This document shows positions 49,291 through 64,000 of a stretch of 64,000 nt of DNA, one piece after another. The stretch comes from Tubulanus polymorphus. Its lineage: Eukaryota; Animalia; Nemertea. Both the position numbers and the translations under genes were made by a program. Position 1 is the stretch's first letter. Each line of letters begins with the position of its first letter. The DNA is taken from NCBI RefSeq assembly GCF_964204645.1, contig NC_134036.1:806001-870000 (forward strand), read 5' to 3'. The notes below the pieces were generated by a model. The model ran no database searches. It was not told the DNA's origin and worked only from the letters and a program-made list of their open reading frames with translations.

Positions 49291-52200
49291 CCCCTCTCTC
49301 ACTCTCTCTCTCCCCCTCTCTCTATCTCTCTCCCTCCCTCCCTCTCCCTCACCCTCTCCCTCTCCTTAGTATTACCTTGTTGGTTTTCTCACCCAACTTA
49401 CTGACAAACAACTGACTCACCAATGACCTGTTCTGTGATTGTTGTATTTGTAGCAGGGAATGGTACAACCCGGTTATAAACCGTTGACCGAAACGGAAGT
49501 TTATTCGCAAGTCGCGAAACTGTTCCAGAATCAGGAGGATTTACTGTCGGAGTTCGGACAGTTTTTACCGGATGCAAACGGAGCTGCTTTCGTCAGTAAA
49601 ATGGTACGTTTTGTAAATATTCTACTGCGACCAGTGGGTCATATGTAAGATTGTTTACAGTAGGGGTCGGGTGAGACAGGATATCCCCGGAAAGACTCGA
49701 CAGAAAGAGATATGGTGGAACATTAAAATTCGAGAAGTGAGTTGTTTCTCTAAGTTTGTTGATGGCCTGGGAAAACCTCACAACACCGCGGACTTTTCGG
49801 GGAATTTCGTAAACGGGAATTGGCAACCTGAGTGAGATATGGTAGAAAATAAATTTAAAATATGTTTTATTTTAGTTACTTCCTGAAGCTCATGGTATGG
49901 TATCTAAAAGGGTACGTTATAACCGGATTATTTCGGGAGTTGTTCGGGGGGCGGAGCAGGTCTTGGAAGAAAAAAAAGGTTGGATTTCATGAACGATGTT
50001 TAATATTTTTCAGGCGAGCATGAAAATGGATTCCGGATTTGGAATGCGTAACGATCACTCGAGCACGATTAAAAAACCGGGATTCTCCGGCGGAAAGATG
50101 CAGCATAAAGGTCATATACGTCGTCAGCCCGGAGGTGGACCTCTTCCGAAGGTCAGTCGAGGTCTGTCGGCGTGGTTACCGATTTGTTTATTGTTGTATT
50201 AATCGATCGCGAAATTGTTCTCTTCAGAAGCCGAAAACGGGACCGTTGAAGGATATTTCACTTTCCGAGGCGGGAAAATACGGAACTCTCAACGAATACG
50301 CGTTTTTCGATAAGGTAAGTTAGAATTTCATCAAAATCCAGGAAAACGCAGGGAATCAGAAAAAAAACCCGGAAAACTCAGAATTAGTCAAATTATTACC
50401 AAAGATTTGAAAATTGCGTTGTATATTTTGCAGGTACGGAAAGCGTTGCGCAATCAAGAAGTCTACGAGAACTTCCTACGATGCCTCGTGCTGTTCAACC
50501 AGGAGGTGATCTCTCGTATCGAACTCGTGTCACTCGTTCATCCGTTTCTCGCGAGGTTCCCCGAGTTGTTTAAATGGTTTAAGGATTTCCTCGGTTATCG
50601 CGAGTCGGGCGCGCTGATCGAACCGATACCGCAGGCCGTTACTATGAAAGAACGCATCAACACTGACCTCGCCATGGAGATAGGTTCGTTATTTGCTCCT
50701 CGGTTAAAACCCTTTCAATGCTGACTAATGGATACGCGAAAATGTTAATGAGATAATTTGAAAATTTTTAGCCCAGTGTGTTGAATAACGGGCATGCTGT
50801 AAAGTGTGTCAAATTATAAGCTGAGTTTAGTATAAACATATACTTATAAAACCACTGAAATTAATGGTTTACTGAGATAAACAGTACTTATTATGGTGAA
50901 GTCTACAGTAATTGGGATATGAAAGTGACGCAGACGCTTCCTCTATCCAGGAATGACTGATCTGTAGGCACCCTGTAATTAGAAGCAGAGTTTAGTATAA
51001 ACATTTGATTATAAAACCACAGAATTAACGGTTTATAAAGATGAGCAAATTACCCATTTATGAGGAGTCTACAGTAATTGGGATTTGAAAGTGATGCAGA
51101 CGCTTCCTCTATCCAGGAATGACTGATCTGTAGGCACCCTGTAATTAGAAAAAGAGTTTAGTATAAACATTTGATTATAAAACCACAGAATAAACGGTTT
51201 ACAAAGATGAGCAAATTACCCATTTATGAGGAGTCTACAGTAATTGGGATTTAAAAGTGATGCAGATACTTCCTCTAAATTTGAAATTCTCTCCTTGAAA
51301 ACTCCTTCATCCAGGAATAACTTGTTATCAATCCCTGAAATTTTCACGAACGTCAGTAAACTGTAACATTGTTGTAATTTTTTTTAGATTACGCGACTTG
51401 TAAATTGTAACATTGTTGTAATTGTTTTTAGATTACGCGACCTGTAAATTGTAATTGTTGTAATTGTTTTTAGATTACGCGACTTGTAAATTGTAACATT
51501 GTTGTAATTGTTTTTAGATTACGCGACCTGTAAATTGTAATTGTTGTAATCGTTTTTAGATTATGCGACCTGTAAACGTTACGGAGCGAGTTACCGCGCG
51601 TTACCGAAAACATATCAACAACCGAAATGTTCGGGACGTACGTTACTGTGTAAAGACGTGTTGAACGACACATGGGTGTCGTTTCCGTCGTGGTCCGAGG
51701 ATTCTACGTTTGTCACCTCGCGTAAAACTCAGTACGAGGAACACATCTATCGCTGCGAGGACGAACGCTTCGAGGTGAGTGATATAAACCCCGAACCTCT
51801 GTCCTAGGAAATATGTGAGGGACGCGCCCCTCCCTGAATCAGACCCTAGATCCACCCCTCCCTGAATCAGACCCTAGATCCACCCCTCCCTGAATCAGAC
51901 CCTAGATCCACCCCTCCCTGAATCAGACCCTAGATCCACCCCTCCCTGAATCAGACCCTAGATCCACCCCTCCCTGAATCAGACCCTAGATCCGCCCCTC
52001 CCTGAATCAGACCCAGGATCCACCCCTCCCTGAATCAGACCCTAGATCCACCCCTCCCTGAATCAGACCCTAGATCCACCCCTCCCTGAATCAGACCCTA
52101 GATCCGCCCCTCCCTGAATCAGACCCAGGATCCACCTCTCCCTGTATCAGACCCTAGATCCACCCCTCCCTGAATCAGACCCTAGATCCGCCTCTCCCTG

Positions 52201-55200
52201 TATCAGACCCTAGATCCAAGGACAAGTGCTTCGAGTGGATAATATCCTCACTACGAGAACTCACATTCTCGACCAAAATATCAAAATACTCTCAATATCA
52301 GATATATCAGATCTCTCATTTTCAATATCTGATATTCGATATCAGAATCAAAGATTTCTTGTTCATTTTTAATGAATATACTATTTTTGATGGAAAGTTA
52401 CTCTCAGTTTTGCAAGAATGTATTTTGGGTTTTTGTTGAATATATACAATTAGGGATATCAGGTGGTCTGCTCTGGGTCATAAATAATAGAGGAAAATCA
52501 TGATAATATTTCAATTTAATTGCAACATTGATATCCCTGTACTGCACGCTAGCGCCACCTGGTGGAGAGTTGAAGAAGTTATCAGTGTATCAATCCTCGA
52601 TTGCCGCAGTAACACTCTCCCAGGTGGCCGGTTGGAAAATTTGAATCGTTTAAAATTTCAGTCGTTTATTTCCATTTTCACAGTTGGACGTCGTCATAGA
52701 AACGAATTTAAACACGATTCGCGTTCTGGAAGCCGTTCATAAAAAACTGCAGCGGATGTCGAACGAGGAAGCGGCGAAATTCCGTCTGGACAACTCGCTG
52801 GGCGGCAACTCGGAGGTCCTACATCGTAAAGCTATTCAGAGGATATACGGGGATAAATCGGCGGACATCATCGACGGCTTGAAGAAAAACCCGGTCGTAG
52901 CCGTACCGCTCGTACTCAGGAGGTAAACTTTCACCCTATGACATCATCGTTACTCCATATATCAAACTATGACATCATCAGTACTCTATAAATCCCTCTA
53001 TGATATCATCGTTACTCTATAAATCCCCCTATGATATCATCGTTACTCTATAAATCCCCCTATGATGATCATTACTCTTTAAATTCCCCTATGACATCAT
53101 TGTTACTCCATATATCAAACTTTGACATCATCATTACTCTATAGATCCCCTTATGACATCATCATTATTCTGTCATACTAACATTCTGGCCACGAATGAT
53201 TTCTACATATCCCCCTATGACATCATCATTACTCTATAAATCCCCCTATGACATCATCATTACTCTATAAATCCCCCTATGACATCATTACTCTATATAT
53301 TCCCCTATGACATCATCATTACTCTATATATCCCCCTATGACATCATCAGTACTCTATATATCCCCCTATGACATCATCAGTACTCTATATATTCCCCCT
53401 ATGACATCATCAGTACTCTATATATTCCCCTATGACATCATCATTACTCTATATATCCCCCTATGACATCATCAGTACTCTATATATTCCCCCTATGACA
53501 TCATCATTACTATATTCCCCTTATGATGTCAGCATCATGTAATCAATTGTTGTAGGTTGAAAGCAAAAGAGGAGGAATGGAGAGAGGCTCAGCGGGGTTT
53601 CAACAAAATATGGCGCGAGCAAAACGAGAAGTACTACCTGAAATCACTGGATCATCAGGGCATCAATTTCAAACAGAACGACATCAAATCAATACGATCG
53701 AAAGCTTTATTAAACGAGATCGAGGCTGCGTACGACGAGGTATTCATTTAAACTTTCGAAACGAAAAAAAAAAACTGGGGAAAAAAATTACGATCGTATT
53801 AACTTGTATTTTTCTGTAGAGACAAGAATCGAATGAAGAATTGCCGGGCTGCCACCTGGTGTTCAACTACCCGAACCGTACTCTATTGGACGACGTGGCG
53901 AATCTGGTTATACATCACATGAAACGACAGACAGGTACAGTACCCCCTCCTCCCCCTCTAACCCCCCTAGTCTCCCCCTCTAACCCCTCTAGTCTCCCCC
54001 TCTAACCCCCCTCTCAACTCAATCTGCTGAAATAATGTTCATTGATTAAATTCCCGTTTGTTAAAGGTATTCATAACTTTCCTCCCTCCTCCCCTCTCCC
54101 TCCCCCTCAAACCCCCTTCTCCCTCGCCTGACATCCCAATCTGCTGAAATAACGTTTATTATGTTGTCCGTTTATTAAAGGTATTCATAACTCTCCACCC
54201 CTCTCCTCTCCGCCTCAAACCCCCCTCTCCCTCCTCCCTCCCCCTCCCCTGACATCTCAATCTGCTGAAATAACGTTTATTATATTGTCCGTTTATTAAA
54301 GGTATTCATAACTCTCCACCCCCTCCCCTCAAACACCCCTCTCCCTCCTCCCTCCCCTGACATCTCAATCTGCTGAAATAACGTTTATTATATTGTCCGT
54401 TTATTAAAGGTATTCATAAAGACGACAAACAGAAGATTAAACAATTGTTGCGACATTTAATTCCTGATCTGTTTTTCTCACCTCGCGGAGAACTCAGCGA
54501 CGAGGAGCCCGATCCAGGTATCGTATTTACAAATTTGAAATTTGAAAATGAAAAAATTTTTATCCGAACGTCTCCAACGTTATACGTTTAATGGTTTCCA
54601 TTGTTGTAGAAGACGACGACGAATTCAACGACGGCGGTAAAGACATCGTCATCGGCAGCAGGCGTAGTTCCTCACAGCAGCAGGTGGCAGCACCGGTTAA
54701 ACGACGAGGTGGAGCCGCCGAGCAGACGCACGCGAAAAAAGACGAAACTCAACCGATAATGAACGGTCATAGCGACGGCGATTCGGTCGCCATGGATACC
54801 GATCAACAACCGGTAAGACCCGGCAAGCAATTCTTATATTTGAAAACGGTCTTAGCTGAATTCAGTTCTGAAACTTATCTTTCAGTCTCATACTGCTGGG
54901 GCCAGTTGCACAGTTGTGACTTAAGTCCAAAAGTGGTCTTAAATCTTAAGACTGGTCTTAAGTTGTTAGATTGGCTCTAGAACTAAGTTGGTTAGAGAGT
55001 CAAAAAACATTTGTTTTCTGTTTTTCAGGATGATATGTACTCGTTGTTTTTCATCAACAACAACTGGTATTTGTTTTTCCGACTGCATCACATTCTGTGC
55101 ACGAGGCTTCACAAGATAAATCAATACGCAGCGAAAATAGCGCACGAAGAAAAACACAACAAACGAGAACGAAAAGAATCGACGGCGATAGCTTTACGTC

Positions 55201-58200
55201 TGAAAGCACCGAGTTAGTATAATTACACCATCCCTGAGAGAGATACCGGCACTTTCATTACGAGTTTTACACCGAGCAGACTGTGGGACTTAAACTCATA
55301 GCAGTTCCGCAGTTTTAGACCAAACAGGGGCTGCAGTTTCTCAAAAGTTGTGTAGAGTTAACCAGTGGATAGTTGACTAGATTAGGACCACCCCTCCCCC
55401 TAATCTATATAGGACTCCCTAGTATCCGGTTGCACAGGTGTAAGCAAGGTGTCAAGGTGATAGTTGACTAAGTGACAATTAAAAGTTCATTGTTACTATG
55501 GTATTTATCCACTGGTTATCTTCACCCAACTTTTGAGCAACTGGCCCCAGATTGTGGGCCTTACACCAAAAAGTTTGGGGCTTTAGACCCAGCAATTACC
55601 GGGCCTTCACTTCCAATATTTACACAGAAATCCTTAGACACCCAGCAGGGAATAAGTATCAAACGCAGGATTCTTGGTTTACTGAACTGTTTATTGAGTT
55701 ATACAGTTGCGTGAAGTTATTTAAAACTGATCTCATATTTTATTTCTGAGTTTCTCTCTGTTTTTCTCTCAGGTGAAGTGGAACCCGAAGATTATTACCC
55801 GTATTTTCTGGATATGGTTAAGAATCTGTTAGACGGAAACATGGAGGGAAATCTGTACGAGGATCAGTTGAGAGAGATGTTCGGAATTCACGCTTATATT
55901 GCATTTACAATGGATAAAGTTGTACAGAACGCTGTCAGACAGGTGCGTATTAAACCCCCCTCTCCCTCCCCCTTCTCCCCATCTTCCTCCCACCATCTAC
56001 CAAAATATCTAACAATAATCCGTTTGAAATATTTCAGTTACAACACATAGTGTGCGACGACGCTTGTATCCAGGCAACCGAGTTGTTCGAAGAGCAGAGA
56101 AAAGAGGACGCCACCGGTGGTTATATCGGTACTATGCATCAACGCGTGACCGCCGAGGCCACCTATCAGCGGAAAGCGGAACAAATGCTGTCGGATGAAA
56201 ACTGTTTTAAAATGTTAACGGTAAATTGACGAGTTCTACTTCATCTCCCCTCACTCTCATCTCCCCTCTCATGTCTCCCTCTCCCTCTCATCCCTCTCAT
56301 CTCTCCCTCTCTCATCTCCTCTCTCCCTCTCTCTCTCATCTCTCTCATCTCTCCCTTTCTCTCATCTCTCCCTCTCTCTCTCTCATCCCTCTCTCATCTC
56401 CCCTCTCTCATCTCCTCTCTCCCTCTCTCTCTCATCTCTCTCATCTCTCCCTTTCTCTCATCTCTCCCTCTCTCTCTCATCCCTCTCTCATCTCCCCTCT
56501 CTCATCTCCTCTCTCCCTCTCTCTCTCATCTCTCCCTCTCATCTCTCTCATCTCCCCTCTCCCTCTCATCTCTCTCATCTCCCCTCTCTCATCTCCTCTC
56601 CCATCTCTCCCTCTCACTACTCTCCCTCTCCCCTTCTATCTCTCCCTCTCATCTCTCCCTCTCTCTCTCCCTCTCATCTCTCACTACCCTCTTCTCTCCC
56701 TCTCATCTGTCTCTCACTAAGTGTCTCTTTCATTCTCTCCCTCTCCTAAGTCTGACTCTCCTCTTTCACCCTTTGCCCATCTCTCTCCTCCTCTCTCTTC
56801 TGTTTCCTCCTCTCTCTTTCAGTCAGTTTCAATTGATTTATTGGCGTGGCTGATTTTCAGAGGGATGGATGTAAAAATGACAAATTTCGCCGTGTATAGA
56901 TTTATCACGATTAATTTACGAACGATTTGCGTTTCGATGATTTCAGTATAAAAACGAGTGTAAAATCACGTTTGAACTGTTGGATACGGAGAGTGAGAAT
57001 TGCGACGAGCCGGTCGAGGTCGAGGTCGAACGCTGGTCGGAGTACGTCGAGAAATACATCGCCGTAGATAGTAGTATACCGACAGAACTGAAGGAGCATC
57101 TCGCGACGAAACCGGTATTCCTTCCCAGGTATCGTACAATTATTTACTCGGTTACTTAATTCAATGATATCCGCAACAGGTTTTAGAGGAGCAGCCATCT
57201 CCACCCCTCTGAAAATCAGCTACCCCTTATAAAATATCTGGTGAAATATCTATTCGCAAATCGATATATGACGTCATGCGCAACAGCGCCAGTAATGAAT
57301 TCACGCCTCGTGAGGCCAGGGGGCTGGTGGAAGCGAGTTCGGGAGTGATACCGGACCCCTGGCAAGCGAGGATGCCTCCGCCCGCCCGATGTGAATATTC
57401 TATCAATGCTGATAATTGCGATGAAATATATTGAGCTAATGTGAAAAACAGAAGATTATACCAAAATTAAGAGTAAATTTTTTGAGGTGATTGAAAACCT
57501 TGCTACAACAGCAATCACGATGTCATACACTAAACAATAAATGCAGCCCCTTTAAGCATAGCCCCTTCAGCATATGGAGGCTTGCAATTTGGGAATAATA
57601 TTTCCCGGTTAGCCGGGTCGGATTAAGGGGGTCTCGGGAGATTGAGGATAACTGAGGGAATATAGAATTTGACGGATGTTTTGTCTGTTGTTACAGGAAT
57701 ATTCGTCAGTGGCGCGAACGCAACAAACAGAAAGGGGACGACGGCTCGGAGACGGTTAAAACACCGAGTAAAAACGACATGCAAGTGTTGGGCAGCACCG
57801 AGTGTAAATTCAACGTCAATTCATTTAAAATGGTTTACGTCGTTAACAGTGAGAGTTTCTTATATAAACGACTCGCGCTGAAACGAGCTCAAGAGGTGAG
57901 GGTTCATTCATTAAACGGGTTCGTTCAACACGGGTTCATTAAACGGGTTCATTCATTGGATTCATTAAACAGGTTCATTCAACACGGGTTCATTAAACAG
58001 GTTCATTCAACACGGGTTCATTCAACTGGTTCATTTAACTGGTTCATTTAACAGGTTCATTCATTGGGTTCATTAAACGGGTTCATTAAACAGGTTCATT
58101 CATTGGGTTCATTAAACACGGGTTCTCGGGGTTCCTTACACATCAGGATGGGTGCGTGTGTTAGAAGATCTCGATTATCAGAGGCTGCAGTTGGTCGTAA

Positions 58201-58904
58201 GGGTCCAGTTCCACAGTTCTGAGTTCAGATTTAACTCAGAGTTAATTCATTCGAAATGGACTAATTTCAACTCAAGAGTTAACTCTAACTCACAACTGTA
58301 GAACTGGGTCCAGATGTTTAAAGATAACCGGCGGATAAATACCATAGTAACAATGAAGTTTTAATTGTCACCATGTCAGACACAAATTTTATTTCTTGTT
58401 TTATTTTTTCACTAGTCTCATCAAAAAGTATCGATGCATTTACACGATAAATTCCGTTCGTGGTGCGACAAGTGGCTGATGTCGAACGTTACCGAGGAGA
58501 TGAGGGCGACCACCGATAGCTGGTTGCTAGGCAACGCTGCCGACGAGGCAGCCGCCGCCGATTTGAAATTGTGTAAAACGGAGCTGAAAACGGACAACGA
58601 TTTAACGCGATCTCCGTATTACCGGTTTAATCGCTACGTCGTCGAGTATTACGAGGAAATACCGCTGCCACTAGGGGGCAGCGCGAGCACGATGGCCGTC
58701 GCTGATAGATTAGTGGCACCCGCCGCCGTCGCGACCACCGATGAGATATCCACGACGACGGCGGCCGTTCCTATGGAAACGGATAACGCCGCGACGCCGA
58801 GGTTTGTCAAACTGACCGCTGAATCGTCGGTGGCGTGGATTGCTCCGACCATGGCGCCGGTAACGACGGAACAGAGCGTAACGAACCCGACGACCGATTC
58901 ATGA
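46743..58904 (+). CDS. SIN3A: Paired amphipathic helix corepressor Sin3 (~1430 aa); exons 46743-46766, 46854-47065, 47339-47659, 48222-48420, 48713-49048, 49123-49227, 49454(or 49457)-49603, 50014-50151, 50228-50314, 50434-50683, 51560-51774, 52684-52922, 53556-53739, 53820-53934, 54410-54517, 54610-54812, 55029-55212, 55773-55942, 56038-56220, 56947-57128, 57697-57895, 58416-58904
   Basis: PAH1 [32 protein letters not shown]2 [20 protein letters not shown]3 [21 protein letters not shown]-interaction domain [43 protein letters not shown]; phases consistent throughout. Confidence 0.96.
50815..51280. repeat. ~165-bp tandem repeat x3 (intronic)
   Basis: GAGTTTAGTATAAACAT at 50823, 50988, 51154; related sequence near 37910-37990. 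Confidence 0.8.
51361..51577 (+). repeat. 42/44-bp tandem repeat x5 made of a splice acceptor plus exon start
   Basis: TTTTAG/ATTA(C/T)GCGAC(C/T)TGTAAA with AG ending at 51387, 51431, 51473, 51517, 51559. Confidence 0.9.
51828..52218. repeat. 28-bp minisatellite x14 (CCCTCCCTGAATCAGACCCTAGATCCAC)
   Basis: Period 28. Confidence 0.95.
52935..53525. repeat. ~31-bp minisatellite (CCCTATGACATCATCATTACTCTATATATCC)
   Basis: Fills most of the SIN3 intron 52923-53555. Confidence 0.9.
54018..54420 (+). repeat. ~110-120-bp tandem repeat x4 ending in a splice acceptor plus exon start
   Basis: AATCTGCTGAAA...TTAAAG/GTATTCATAA with AG ending at 54066, 54180, 54301, 54409. Confidence 0.9.
55328..55547. 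mobile_element. MITE family A (CAG duplication) interrupted by a 79-bp insert
   Basis: CAG at 55325-27 and 55548-50; GATAGTTGACTA repeated at 55368-55379 and 55459-55470. Confidence 0.75.
56240..56820. repeat. CT-rich low-complexity (CTCTCAT)n tract
   Basis: Intronic polypyrimidine repeat. Confidence 0.9.
57900..58125. repeat. Short degenerate tandem repeat (GGTTCATT core)
   Basis: Roughly 18 cores right after the donor at 57896. Confidence 0.85.
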
Positions 58905-60055
58905 GCGCGACGGACACCAGGCGGCGCTGTTAATGGATTTTTAAGGAATCTCGTTCGGATCGTTTCGATATTCCGATTTTTATCGCGGCGGAAAAAAAAT
59001 ACGATAATTGTTTTTGTAGCATTGAAAATAATGGATATAAAACGGACATTTCTATCAGCGGCAATAATAGAACATCATTATAATTATATTAGTTTAGATA
59101 TATCAATAATAATTATTATAATAATAATAATAATACTGATAATGGGTTAAAAATTATTTGTTAGTTGAAAATATTTGCGCTACTATTTTTGATAACTAGT
59201 TAAAATTGAAATTGAATTCATTTGAAATACGGAGAGAGTTTAAATGAGATGCATTTGTAGAAAAAACTTGAGTCGGAAATCTTTACTTGCTTCGTAAAAT
59301 TAATACCGGTTAAACTCTACCGCGAACTGACCGCGTCGAGAGTCCACGTGAAATATCGAATTCAGATCCTCGACGTTCGAGATTGATTTTGGCGAGAAAA
59401 AAAAGGCGTAAAGATTCGCGTGTAAATATCTTATCGAGAGGAAACGCTGTAAAATATGAATTAGAGAATTTCTTCATTCAAAATATCATCATAAAACTTG
59501 TATAGAGGGGGAGAGAGGGGGAGAGAGGAGAGAGGGGGAGGGGGGGTTAAAATGATTCATCAACGAATCAACAATGTTTTTATTCTCTCTCTCTTCATTA
59601 TTCGTCTTGTGCTAAATATTTTTTCAATATAAACAATTGTTAAAGTAATCGATAGTTCGGACCTGTATATATTTACAGATGGTTACACGCTAATGATTAT
59701 GATGAACTGATGGACTGGTGGCTTGTAAAAAAAAAAACCTGAAATGAAAATATTAAATCTTACGTAAATGAAAATTATGAAATTCAGTTTTTTTTTTTTT
59801 TTGAGGATCTTTATTTTTTTAATCCAGACATTTGACCGAATCAAGTCACGAACCAGCTCTGTCCTACTGGACGAGTTCAGACCCTCAGATATGGCAAAGC
59901 TCGGTTCAAAGTCAGATACTAAATTGTCTACTGGGGTTTATTGTATTGGGTCAGACTTTCTCATATATATTTTAAATAACGCTGCCCTGGTGTCGACTTG
60001 CTCGCATCTATATGAAATAATTCTTGTCCTGGTGTAGATATGTTCATATCCATAA

Positions 60056-60440
60056 TATGAAATAACTCTGTCCTGGGTCAGAAATCCTCAATCTATTTGA
60101 AATGGCTCTCTCCTGGGTCAAACACCCTCAATCTATTTGAAATGGCTCTGTCCTGGGTCAAACACCCTCAATCTATTTGAAATGGCTCTCTCCTGGGTCA
60201 GACACCCTCAATCTATTTGAAATGGCTCTCTCCTGGGTCAGACACCCTCTATTTGAAATAACTCTGTCCTGGGTCAGAAACCCTCAATCTATTTGAAATG
60301 GCTCTGTCCTGGGTCAAAAACCCTCTATCTATTTGAAATGGCTCTCTCCTGGGTCAGACACCCTCTATTTGAAATATCTCTGTCCTGGGTCAGACAACCT
60401 CTATCTATTTGAAATAACTCTGTCCTAGGTCAGACAACCA
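60056..60440. repeat. 40-bp minisatellite x~10 downstream of the ATPase stop codon
   Basis: Unit TATTTGAAATGGCTCTCTCCTGGGTCAGACACCCTCAATC. Confidence 0.9.
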
Positions 60441-60628
60441 TACCATGTAAAATAGCTCTCTTAGGTCCAAATTCAACATTGAATATGAAAAGAAAGAACT
60501 ACTGAAACATTTCTAAAAACAAAAACAAAACACTTAACTTTAATTCTTTGTAAATATAATCATAACAATATAAACGCAACATCAGGAATGCATTGGAACT
60601 TGGGATCGAATAAGTTTGTCTATTCGCA

Positions 60629-63623
<2,995 letters not shown>

Positions 63624-64000
63624 CTAAAAATTCGAATCGAAAATCATAAAATGAAAATGAAGTAAATTGATTTTTTTCTCGGGTTCTATTTACCAGATTC
63701 AATAGGGTTTACGTCCATAGAACTCTGTTGGTTCAGTCTGTCCAATTTTCTCATCAAGATTTCTTTATGATTTAACAATGTGGTTTTAAGAGCTTGTACA
63801 GCTGCCTGTCAGCAAATAACAGAAACAGTTTATTACAAATAGAAAACTGACAGATATTTGACCAGTTTTATACTGAGGTTATAGACTTATAGTTGAAGCG
63901 ACTCAGTCTTATAGAGCAGTTCTCTTCATTACAAATAGAAAACTGATTGATATTTGACCAGTTTTATACTGAGGTTATAGACTTATAGTTGAAGCGACGC

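Noticed and set aside
56226-56951. Ser/Leu/Pro-rich 164-aa and 76-aa ORFs
   Set aside because: Translation of a CT-rich tract inside a SIN3 intron.

Overview
Intron-rich, AT-rich animal (invertebrate) genomic DNA. A lophotrochozoan origin is my impression and cannot be proven from the window. Splice-site reading gives four conserved genes: GABPB on the minus strand (runs off the left edge), SYNCRIP/hnRNP Q-R on plus (two candidate last exons), SIN3 on plus (22 coding exons, about 1430 aa), and a divergent VPS4-like AAA ATPase on minus (5' end off the right edge). Among these lie two fast-evolving duplicated families. (i) Two secreted prepropeptide genes with cysteine-free mature peptides, nested antisense in a 7.3-kb GABPB intron. 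(ii) A six-gene cluster of 170-180 aa EF-hand proteins with loops I/III/IV intact and loop II degenerate. In both families coding sequence has diverged far more than the flanking non-coding DNA. Other notable structure: Penelope-type hammerhead-ribozyme-like motifs (one in a perfect palindrome with a 13-bp target duplication), tandemly multiplied splice acceptors in SIN3 introns, short ectopic copy events, a CTCF-motif cluster, and many MITEs and minisatellites. No CRISPR array, rRNA or intact tRNA. All coordinates and counts were read by eye.
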